This document shows, piece by piece, positions 50,801 through 57,927 of a stretch of 64,000 nt of DNA. The stretch covers positions 209,543 to 273,542 of the forward strand of contig CAZUBK010000002.1 in NCBI GenBank assembly GCA_964618725.1, in the 5' to 3' direction. The translations under genes and the position numbers were made by a program. The notes below the pieces were generated by a model. It saw only the letters and a program-made list of their open reading frames with translations, searched no databases and was not told where the DNA came from. Position 1 is the first letter of the stretch; the number at the start of each line of letters is the position of its first letter. Origin of the DNA: an uncultured Pseudomonadales bacterium. Its GTDB lineage: Bacteria; Patescibacteriota; Microgenomatia; UBA1400; Chazhemtobacteraceae.

Positions 50801-51858
50801 CGAAAAGATTCTTTGGGGGTGCCATCTGTAACGAAAAGAGGTTTGTCGGCGAGACCGCTGTAGGGATAGACACGGGCAAGTTTGTCAGGTGTAATAGAGG
50901 ACTCTGCGGCGAGATCGGGACCTAGGCCGCCGAGTTGGAGGCCATTAAAATTAACGAGAAGACGGATATCGATGAACTCTTTACAGTTTGGATCATCGGG
51001 GCCGGAGGGGGTGCAATACCAACCAGTGTTGTCTCGATACGTAGAGGGTGGGGGTCCACCATTGCCGGGGGGGGCGTCGGAGGCTGCCTCTTCGGCACAA
51101 GTGTATCTTTCTAATTGGGCTTGAGGAGTAACGGCGCAAGTGAGTTGATAGTCTTCTAATTGGCTATGGACAAAAGGAACACGTTCTTTGCAGGTGCCGT
51201 TGGGTCGAGAGAGATTGCCGTCATAGGTACAACCATCTTCGGTGCCACCCGAAGCAACAGCACAGAAAGGTATGGGAGGAGGGGGATTGTCAGAAGGAGG
51301 AGGAGTGCCAGGATTATCATTGATGTCGTGACAAGAAGATGGGTCAGCGGGATTATCACAGACTTGGGCACCTCGACAGTCGACGACGTCAGGATTGGCA
51401 CAACAGGAGGCGATGGAGTTACAAACATAGTAACTTTGTCCAGGGTCGACACCTTGGCCGTTGTATTGAAAGGGTCCATTGGTGACGGTGATGACGGCAT
51501 TGTCGACTCCGTCAAAGTCGGGGGAGGTTGTACCGGTCCGAAACTCATTACCAAAACAAAAACGGTTAACCAGATTCCCACTAGCATCAAAACCTTCGGC
51601 ACAGGTGGGAATTATTTCAGTAGAGGTGCCACAAATGGGAGACTTGAGAGCGAACGCAGAAGTATAGAGACTAGGGTTACCACAGCAGATATCAAAACCT
51701 TCATAAGGAACAGAGTCGGTACAGGAGGGGCCGGTGGTGACACATTGGTTGCCTTGGGCATCGGGTCCACTACACCAACAATAGTTGGCACCTTGAGCCG
51801 AGGCTGAAGAAGGGAGGGAAAGAAAGAGAAAGAGGCTGATTAAGAAAGAGAGAAGCAT
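47845..51858 (-). CDS. giant secreted Cys-rich surface protein (1337 aa), candidate adhesin/cell-wall-active protein
   Basis: Signal peptide MLLSFLISLFLFLSLPSSASA, dense Cys clusters, P/S/T-rich linkers. Sits between the VirB6-like gene and the pilin-like array. Confidence 0.65.
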   Translation of the reverse strand: MLLSFLISLFLFLSLPSSASAQGANYCWCSGPDAQGNQCVTTGPSCTDSVPYEGFDICCGNPSLYTSAFALKSPICGTSTEIIPTCAEGFDASGNLVNRFCFGNEFRTGTTSPDFDGVDNAVITVTNGPFQYNGQGVDPGQSYYVCNSIASCCANPDVVDCRGAQVCDNPADPSSCHDINDNPGTPPPSDNPPPPIPFCAVASGGTEDGCTYDGNLSRPNGTCKERVPFVHSQLEDYQLTCAVTPQAQLERYTCAEEAASDAPPGNGGPPPSTYRDNTGWYCTPSGPDDPNCKEFIDIRLLVNFNGLQLGGLGPDLAAESSITPDKLARVYPYSGLADKPLFVTDGTPKESFRTFWRLLTQEQQMNAKAWMFHRYKVGSGLTGDISNLLHRALEIFNRLSPVDIETKRTFTEPIFDSPFPFVDPADIPEPGTTPSVTPTPTDSNNPPLPSNTGTNIGYGHTADFFGTAAANKPVTFLLAINSDDGTLQRYNQLYSQATVRLIRITGLQPNTEIGYLTQLKDFATRLSAVFTRNTDIVIFGNELNDLREYNCSDLAQCGTTYKEQLLFFKSGLSGLKIAAAPMNTSHPERDAGIFLATAKEAYQAADYTAHNVYSLSSCAFASIRCGTESWLWEQQITGTTGKPHVFTEYGLEPKTGDLDLNAVLAFITSGPSHPLAITPLIRNACPTATGEWLIYDGVNILDSTGAIVNPDCSVTSTDESLIPPVVSTFTISELINSLPKCLTKFPVCNSAAERYAKLNPETRAMYDAFQPFVFDNVRGYLALRYVDPTTFATTVGILNENLPYIQALRDIIGDPVGGILNTISPSWLLAEREKKLYTADNYSITYKQDGTLDFNTESDQVFVPLADRTVDIWAYDNLCRDLDDEKNMSLSSPPTFPLKLPTRKYDKLPGDEFPDVLDQSLLVPVKTEEIKEDQSCPVKNPLTGAVLYYTSGYKTTMQAESVGEASSGLLFRNFGRTIAVFNNPKITDLNRLISEPLEDGTNLSLYSQMLPSKLSVDPEYPSRLIPGATYEPMDQPDTPYMLGQASAYFSAEITGDEYLKHRATAGITDKSTAPVRRLGGRAESDLCRLRNFWLIPTGLQTGKSEDCEDLGSFVSASYIPPDFSIPPEASDSATNTSLAFCDGVPEPSGHNVKPVDALITALGGTVWNPKAPNAITSEENIRRCYNYVISIAKVKGMDPAMTMATWIEESGASNYAKFNPVDDLGCGGGINNNLTAQLECFTSLQYAYSTQSNHLDCRALDSPTDRASILEFFQIFACGDAACRREPPQYDFSCTYTDSQPGTFNWPAQINAAYKATQVNNEGLDYSKILPSIDWSN

Positions 51859-51902
51859 ACTTTCTAAGTATAGCTTGTGAGCGTGGTTGATGGGATGGCG
51901 AT

Positions 51903-52229
51903 TTAGGGAATCTGAAATTGAAGTTCGGTAACAGGGGCGCCGGTGAAGGTTTGAATGAGGAGGAGGATGAGCCAGGCGAGACCGAGGCCAATAACGCCGA
52001 CGATGGCAAAGAGCAGAGTCTGCATGCCGGCTTGATATTCTTTGGGGTTATCGGCGCCCATGACAATTTTGGCACCGGCGAAGATGATCATGCCGATGGC
52101 GGCAATGATGATGACGGGGGTAATAATGCCAAGGAGATTGGCAATGACGCATTTAATGCCGCCAAGGGTGGCGACTTCGATACCGGCTTGGACGGTGGCA
52201 CATTGTGGGTCAGCTAGCCAATCAAACAT
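51903..52229 (-). CDS. VirB2/TrbC-pilin-like small membrane protein, paralog 1 (no signal peptide)
   Basis: Two hydrophobic helices separated by a short polar loop (GADNPKEYQAGMQT). Confidence 0.55.
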   Translation of the reverse strand: MFDWLADPQCATVQAGIEVATLGGIKCVIANLLGIITPVIIIAAIGMIIFAGAKIVMGADNPKEYQAGMQTLLFAIVGVIGLGLAWLILLLIQTFTGAPVTELQFQIP

Positions 52230-52245
52230 AGATTTTAGTCAGAAA

Positions 52246-52629
52246 CTAGAAAGGTCTTAGCTCTTGAATGGACTTAGTTGCGTCAAAGATATCGACACCG
52301 AAGAAGGCACCGATAATTCTGATGAGAGCCCAAGAAGCAGCGACAATGGCGAGACCGATGACGGCGCTAGTGATTCTCTGCTGAGCCTTTTCAGTTTTGG
52401 TTTTGTCACCACCGGAGGTTATCCACTCGACACCCCCCCAGACGAGGTAGAGAAAGACGAGGATACCGGAGATGATAAGGGCGACAGAGGCGAGAGAAGA
52501 GACTAATTTACCAAGATCGGTAATCTGGATTTGTTCTGGTTGCTCGATGCCAATGGTTTGAGCAAAGGCGGGAGTCGCGAGAGCAAGAGAAGATAAAAGA
52601 GTTGAAGTAACAGTGAGCGCTTTTTTCAT
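52246..52629 (-). CDS. VirB2/TrbC-pilin-like small membrane protein, paralog 2
   Basis: Signal peptide ending AFA-Q. Family motif WGGVEWITSGGDKTKTEKAQQRITSAVIGLAIV. Confidence 0.6.
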   Translation of the reverse strand: MKKALTVTSTLLSSLALATPAFAQTIGIEQPEQIQITDLGKLVSSLASVALIISGILVFLYLVWGGVEWITSGGDKTKTEKAQQRITSAVIGLAIVAASWALIRIIGAFFGVDIFDATKSIQELRPF

Positions 52630-52704
52630 GTTTGGTTTAGATTGCTAATTAATATGATTATTCCCTAAATGCTAATACTATGTCAATGGGGTCAGACAAG
52701 CGTG

Positions 52705-53028
52705 TTAACTAATGGGGAGAGCTTCTTCTAGGCCGAAGTAAGTGCGGACGATTAACCAGATTGCCCAGGAGGCGGCAACAATAGCGAGACCGATGACGGA
52801 GGCAGTAATGCGCTTCTGGGCGTTTTCGACGTGGGCCTTTTCTCCGCCTGAGGTAATCCACTCAATCCCCCCCCAGACGAGGTAGAGGAAGACGAGGATA
52901 CCGGAGATGACGAGGGCCACATCGACGAGACTTTTGACGAGGGGGCCAATTTCGGTAAAGCCAAAGAAGCTTTCGGCTTCGGATCTAATGTCTGTTTGCA
53001 TAAAAGTTATTATGGCGTAAATGTCCAA
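52705..53028 (-). CDS. VirB2/TrbC-pilin-like small membrane protein, paralog 3
   Basis: WGGIEWITSGGEKAHVENAQKRITASVIGLAIV. Alternative start at 53001. C8 tract at 52867-52874. Confidence 0.55.
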   Translation of the reverse strand: MDIYAIITFMQTDIRSEAESFFGFTEIGPLVKSLVDVALVISGILVFLYLVWGGIEWITSGGEKAHVENAQKRITASVIGLAIVAASWAIWLIVRTYFGLEEALPIS

Positions 53029-53348
53029 TCAATATTAAGGATATCTATCTTGAGGACTTCGGAAATAAAGGCAATGATGGCGTAGGAAGCGACGAGGACG
53101 GTGAGGCCAATGAGGGCATTGCTGATTTTTTTCTGGGAGGCTTCGACTTTGGTTTTGTCACCGCCACCAGTAATCCATTCAATGCCGCCCCAAATGAGGT
53201 AGAGGAGGAAGGTAAGGGCGCCGACGACGACGAGAGTTTTCCAAAGCTGGGCGATATAGAAGGCAAGGCCGGAACCGGCTTCACCGGGAGTAGTGAATTG
53301 AGAAAGGGCAGGATTGGTGATTTGGGCGTAGACGGGCTTGATAAACAT
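53010..53348 (-). CDS. VirB2/TrbC-pilin-like small membrane protein, paralog 4
   Basis: Start at internal ATG (MFIKPVYAQ...), 5 nt after the upstream stop. WGGIEWITGGGDKTKVEASQKKISNALIGLTVL. Confidence 0.55.
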   Translation of the reverse strand: MFIKPVYAQITNPALSQFTTPGEAGSGLAFYIAQLWKTLVVVGALTFLLYLIWGGIEWITGGGDKTKVEASQKKISNALIGLTVLVASYAIIAFISEVLKIDILNIDWTFTP

Positions 53349-53353
53349 GAGTT

Positions 53354-53704
53354 TTAGAGAAAATCGGCAGGACTTAGTAAAGGAACGTCGAGAATGGTGG
53401 CAACAATACCGGCAATGAAATAGGAGACGATGACGGCGATGAGGCCAATGGCGGCATTGGTCATTTGTTTTTGGGCGGTTTCGACTTTGCCTTTTTCTCC
53501 TCCGGAAGTAATCCAAGTGAGGGCACCGGTAAGAAAATAGAAGAGGAAGGCAATTCCGGCGGCGGCGGTGATGGCACCAACAATGACGCTAGCAAAGAGT
53601 TGGAAGTCGGTAACGGGAGTTGCGGAAACTATTTGGAATTTACCCACCCCACCAATGGGGCCAAGGGGGATAGTAGCGGCGTAAGCAGAAGGAATGATGG
53701 ACAT
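53354..53704 (-). CDS. VirB2/TrbC-pilin-like small membrane protein, paralog 5
   Basis: LTWITSGGEKGKVETAQKQMTNAAIGLIAV. Confidence 0.55.
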   Translation of the reverse strand: MSIIPSAYAATIPLGPIGGVGKFQIVSATPVTDFQLFASVIVGAITAAAGIAFLFYFLTGALTWITSGGEKGKVETAQKQMTNAAIGLIAVIVSYFIAGIVATILDVPLLSPADFL

Positions 53705-53716
53705 ATTTATATTGTA

Positions 53717-54115
53717 CTATAGCGTTTCGATGTTGGGACTCAAAATAAAAGTGGCGTCGCCAAAGAAAAGATAACCGATGATGCCGGCAATAATGAAGGA
53801 GACAGTGATGATGCCAAGACCGATGACTGTGTGCATGAATTTCTGGTTAGCCTCAGCAATTTTTTTGGCGTCACCGGCGGCGGTGATGTAGCCAAGACCG
53901 CCAAAGAGGAACTGAAAAAGAGACCAGACGCCGGCGATGGCAATGAGAAGGCGGATGACGTTGGTGAAGAACTTAGAACCGATATCAGCGGTATTAACAA
54001 TTACATTGGTAGGTGGATTGAGGACGCCGATTGGGTTGGGGGCAGCTAAGGCAGTTAGGGGCAAGAAAAAAAGAAGGAATAATAAAGAGGTGGAGATAAA
54101 GGTTGTTTTTTTCAT
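53717..54115 (-). CDS. VirB2/TrbC-pilin-like small membrane protein, paralog 6
   Basis: Start at MKKTTF (ATG 54113-54115) with Sec signal peptide. GGLGYITAAGDAKKIAEANQKFMHTVIGLGII. Confidence 0.55.
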   Translation of the reverse strand: MKKTTFISTSLLFLLFFLPLTALAAPNPIGVLNPPTNVIVNTADIGSKFFTNVIRLLIAIAGVWSLFQFLFGGLGYITAAGDAKKIAEANQKFMHTVIGLGIITVSFIIAGIIGYLFFGDATFILSPNIETL

Positions 54116-54119
54116 TTGA

Positions 54120-54476
54120 TTAGAATAGCCCACCACCGCCTACCTGGAAAAGGATACGGGTAATCCAGAAGGCAAGGACGGAAAGACCTAAGCCTATTAA
54201 AGCATAGTTTAGTGTATTAGCAGCATTTTGGGTCTCTTTGGCGTTGCCAGCAGAAGCAACAAAGCGGAAACCAGCTAGGAGGGCAACAAAAAAAGCAGCG
54301 ATGCCAGTGAAGACGGGGATGTTACTGATGATGGGTTGGAGGAAACCGGCCAAAGTGATAGTTGATCCAAGGAGACTGGCGGGGGTGAAGTATTGATTAA
54401 GATTCTGAGCATAAGCGGGAGAGATGAGAAAGAGTAAGGAGATAAAAGTAAAGATAATAGAGAGAAGTAGCTTCAT
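54120..54476 (-). CDS. VirB2/TrbC-pilin-like small membrane protein, paralog 7
   Basis: Start at MKLLLS (ATG 54474-54476), signal peptide ending AYA-Q. FVASAGNAKETQNAANTLNYALIGLGL. Confidence 0.55.
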   Translation of the reverse strand: MKLLLSIIFTFISLLFLISPAYAQNLNQYFTPASLLGSTITLAGFLQPIISNIPVFTGIAAFFVALLAGFRFVASAGNAKETQNAANTLNYALIGLGLSVLAFWITRILFQVGGGGLF

Positions 54477-54483
54477 AAGTATT

Positions 54484-54807
54484 TTAGAAAGGGGCGGTAG
54501 CGCCGAGGCCAATAATTGTTAGAACGAGGCGAATGATGACGAAGCTAGTGAAAGTGATGACTAGGCCAATAAGGCTGGTGATGATGCGGGAAGTGATTTT
54601 GCTGATTTTGTCGGGGCTACCCTCGGCGAAGACGTAGCCGATGGCGGCGAGGCTCAAATTGGCAAAGAAGGCAAGACCAACAAAAAAGAAGGCAAGGTTG
54701 ACAATGCTGAATGGGCCACGAGTTAGAAGGTCAGAGATATTGGAGCCAACGGGAAAGCTTGAGTTGGCGGGATTGGTGATATTCTGGATGACTTCTGATG
54801 CTTTCAT
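54484..54807 (-). CDS. VirB2/TrbC-pilin-like small membrane protein, paralog 8 (no signal peptide)
   Basis: YVFAEGSPDKISKITSRIITSLIGLVI. Two hydrophobic helices. Confidence 0.5.
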   Translation of the reverse strand: MKASEVIQNITNPANSSFPVGSNISDLLTRGPFSIVNLAFFFVGLAFFANLSLAAIGYVFAEGSPDKISKITSRIITSLIGLVITFTSFVIIRLVLTIIGLGATAPF

Positions 54808-54813
54808 TTGTGT

Positions 54814-55212
54814 TTAGAATCCGGGGATGTTGAGAATCTGGACGCCGAGGAGGTTAAGGAGGACGACGGACATGATTATAAATAATAGACCAGAAATAGC
54901 GGCAGTAATAGTCTGTTGAGCAGCTTTGATCTTGTCGGGCATGCCAGCGGAGGTAGTGAGGACATAAAAGCCATAGAGAATAAGGAGGAGGGCGATGCCG
55001 CCACCAATGCCCAGACTAAGGGTGAGGACATTACTGACAAAGTCTTGTCCACCATTGTCGACACTAATACAGCCAAGGGCAGTATTGATAGTATTAGTGT
55101 TGCCATTACAGACTATTTCTGTAGTTTCACCAACGGCATGCACAAAAGAAGCTTGTGAAAGGAAAGCTATAGAGGAGAGAAAAAAGGTGGTGGGTCGGAT
55201 GATACGCGGCAT
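54814..55212 (-). CDS. VirB2/TrbC-pilin-like small membrane protein, paralog 9
   Basis: Signal peptide ending VHA-V. Two Cys in the mature N-terminus. TTSAGMPDKIKAAQQTITAAISGLLFI. Confidence 0.55.
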   Translation of the reverse strand: MPRIIRPTTFFLSSIAFLSQASFVHAVGETTEIVCNGNTNTINTALGCISVDNGGQDFVSNVLTLSLGIGGGIALLLILYGFYVLTTSAGMPDKIKAAQQTITAAISGLLFIIMSVVLLNLLGVQILNIPGF

Positions 55213-55257
55213 AAGTTAATTATACCTTGAATATAGACGTGGAGGTAATTAGGTAGA

Positions 55258-57006
55258 ATGGGCAGTGATATGAAGAAATGCTTGTTGGTGTTACTATCTG
55301 TTTTGGTGATCGGCTTGAGTTTGCCGGTTGCGGCAGCAGAGGACTGTATGGCTGATCCAAATGACTGGCCGCTGGACAAATTAGAGAGGTGTACTAAAGA
55401 GTTGGAGCACTTAAATGCGCTGTCAAAAGCGGCAACGGCACCCTTGGAGGCTGAGGTGAAGAGATTGGATGCTCAGATCAAGTCAATTCAAAGTCAGATA
55501 AAGCGAGCAGAAGTAAGAGAAAAAGATTTGGAGAAATCAATTGAGGAGAGGGAAAGTGAGTTGGCTGACCAATATGTTTTGTTGGCGAGAAAGATGAGGG
55601 AACACTATAAAAAGGTAAGATCTGGATCAACTTTGGCGTTGATATTATCGAAGACTGGGACAGGGGAGATATCGAGGGAACTTCAGTATCAAGAGGAAGC
55701 GGCGGAGCAAGACAGAACACTGATTTTGGGTTTGGCGGAGGAAATAGTGGGGTTGGAGAAAGATAAAAAGACTTCGGAGGAAAATAGGGTACGGTTGGCT
55801 ACTTTACAAATAAGTATTGATAAGCAGGCAGAGTTCTTTGAGAAAGAGATAGCCAATGCAAAGAATTATCAGTCAAGTTTGACTGGAAAGATCGCTGTTT
55901 TATCAGCAATACAGGAGAGCATTTTGTCGGGCAAGGGGGAGACTTTCCAGACGACGGTGGGTGATGTGCCACTGGTTGGAGATCCGAATTCATTGCCTAA
56001 TTACAATCCAGGATTCTCGCCGGCATTTGCGGCCTTTTCTTTTGGGGCACCACACTTTAAGGGGATGAGTCAATATGGCGCGTTTGGGAGGGCAAAGGCG
56101 GGGCAGGGTGTGGAAGATATTTTGCGAGCATATTACGGAGGAGGGATCGAGATCAAAAAGGACTATTCAACGGGAATAAACATAACCGTTCGGGGGTATG
56201 GGACAGTAGACATTGAAACATATACAAAGCGGATTTATGAGATGCCGGGTGAATGGGGAGACCAAGGAGGGATGGAGGCATTGAAGGCGCAGGCGGTGGC
56301 GGCGAGGTCATATGCCTTGGCGTATACAGATAATGGATCAGGTTCCATTTGTGCGACGGAGGCGTGTCAGGTGTATAAAGGAAATAACAAGGGAGGTAAG
56401 TGGGAAGAGGCGGTGAATGCGACGAGGGGGTGGGTGATGATAGCCAACGGGAAGCCATTGAGCGCTTGGTACGCATCAACATCGGGTGGGTATCAAGAAT
56501 CGTATACGAGTAACGGATATGCAACACCGGGATTTTGGGATGCAGACGGAGGTAGAGGTGGTTGGACGTCAAACGCCTGGGAAAACAAAGCAGGGAGTCC
56601 TTGGTTCTACAAGGGATGGTACAAGGATCGAAGTGGGGTGAGCTGTGGACGGAGTCATCCTTGGCTGACGAGTGAAGAGATGGCTGATGTCTTAAATGCC
56701 TATGTAGTATTGTTTCAGGGGGGTGGGGATAGTAGTCGAGTGGTACCGGTTGATTTATCGTCTTGTTGGGGAAAGGGTGGAAATCCATATTCATTATCGG
56801 AGTTACGTGAGATTGGGGGGTATACGAGTGTGAGTGGAATAAAACAGGTTGATTACAGTAGTAATGGGTTTACGGAGCGGGTGATATTACAGACGAACAA
56901 AGGAGAGGTCTCGATTTCAGGGGATCAATTTAAAAAGTCGTTTAATTTACGGGCGCCGGGAAGAATTGCTTTGAAGTCGGGATTGTTCAATATAGAGAGG
57001 AAGTGA
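55258..57006 (+). CDS. SpoIID/LytB-domain peptidoglycan hydrolase with N-terminal coiled-coil (EnvC-like) region
   Basis: Signal peptide. ~200-aa coiled coil. C-terminal GMSQYGAFGRAKAG...LSAWYASTSGGY SpoIID/LytB-like block. Transcribed divergently from the pilin-like array. Confidence 0.7.
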   Translation: MGSDMKKCLLVLLSVLVIGLSLPVAAAEDCMADPNDWPLDKLERCTKELEHLNALSKAATAPLEAEVKRLDAQIKSIQSQIKRAEVREKDLEKSIEERESELADQYVLLARKMREHYKKVRSGSTLALILSKTGTGEISRELQYQEEAAEQDRTLILGLAEEIVGLEKDKKTSEENRVRLATLQISIDKQAEFFEKEIANAKNYQSSLTGKIAVLSAIQESILSGKGETFQTTVGDVPLVGDPNSLPNYNPGFSPAFAAFSFGAPHFKGMSQYGAFGRAKAGQGVEDILRAYYGGGIEIKKDYSTGINITVRGYGTVDIETYTKRIYEMPGEWGDQGGMEALKAQAVAARSYALAYTDNGSGSICATEACQVYKGNNKGGKWEEAVNATRGWVMIANGKPLSAWYASTSGGYQESYTSNGYATPGFWDADGGRGGWTSNAWENKAGSPWFYKGWYKDRSGVSCGRSHPWLTSEEMADVLNAYVVLFQGGGDSSRVVPVDLSSCWGKGGNPYSLSELREIGGYTSVSGIKQVDYSSNGFTERVILQTNKGEVSISGDQFKKSFNLRAPGRIALKSGLFNIERK

Positions 57007-57021
57007 TGGTAGAATTGAGCC

Positions 57022-57684
57022 ATGTCAGAGGTATTTGATAAGAGAGAGAGTCGTATAAGGGGAAGTGGGAAGAATCATCCAGTATCGTTGACGAGTGGGA
57101 TGCACGTGAGGCTCAAGCCTGAGGGGGAGGGTTTCTTTTCATCTTTTATGGTTTGGCCAAAGAAACTATCATTTCAGACACAGGAGGAGGGGGAGAGGAT
57201 TGTCTTGATGTTGCGACAACATCCGGTCGTGAATGTGGGTTGGATGGTGGTGTTTTCTTTGATGTTGTTGATGCCAACATTGGTTGAATTTGTTCCTGGT
57301 TTTGAGATTTTGCCAATGCGGTTTCAGGCAATGACTATCGTATTGTGGTATTTACTAACATTGGCATATGCTTTGGAGAATTTTTTGAGTTGGTACTTTA
57401 ATGTATACATTGTGACCGATGAACGAGTAGTGGATATTGATTTTTATAGTCTGATTTATAGCCACGTATCGGTGACAAAGACGGCAAATATTCAGGACGT
57501 GAACTTTAGAAGAATGGGGGTATTCTCAGCGATGTTTGATTACGGCAACGTATATATTCAGACGGCAGGTGAGAGTCGAGAATTTGATTTTGCGAATGTG
57601 CCACATCCATCGAGGGTGGTGGAAATAATTTATCAATTGTTGGAGGAGGAGGAGCAAGAAGCTCTGGAAGGGAGAGTAAGATGA
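57022..57684 (+). CDS. membrane protein with bacterial PH (YdbS/YdbT-like, DUF304) domain
   Basis: Two TM helices followed by the VIVTDERVVDIDFYSLIYSHVSV beta-rich domain. Confidence 0.5.
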   Translation: MSEVFDKRESRIRGSGKNHPVSLTSGMHVRLKPEGEGFFSSFMVWPKKLSFQTQEEGERIVLMLRQHPVVNVGWMVVFSLMLLMPTLVEFVPGFEILPMRFQAMTIVLWYLLTLAYALENFLSWYFNVYIVTDERVVDIDFYSLIYSHVSVTKTANIQDVNFRRMGVFSAMFDYGNVYIQTAGESREFDFANVPHPSRVVEIIYQLLEEEEQEALEGRVR

Positions 57685-57911
57685 TTGATTATACGCAAGT
57701 AATTGGAGGATTTGACATTTGGCAGATAGTTAAATGGATATATGTCTTGGCTTTTTTTGTATATTTCCTTTTCTCGGTTATTGTTTGGAGACAGATTGAC
57801 TTGATGGTAAAGACACTAAATGGATCATTACAGTTACCCATGCGGGTATTGGGGGTAGTTTTAGTGTTACTTTCGGGAGCTGTTTTGGGGGTGGGACTAA
57901 TGGTACTCTGA
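57681..57911 (+). CDS. small two-TM membrane protein, hypothetical
   Basis: 76 aa. Overlaps the upstream stop (ATGA). Confidence 0.35.
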   Translation: MIDYTQVIGGFDIWQIVKWIYVLAFFVYFLFSVIVWRQIDLMVKTLNGSLQLPMRVLGVVLVLLSGAVLGVGLMVL

Positions 57912-57927
57912 AGGTGAGGTAATATTC

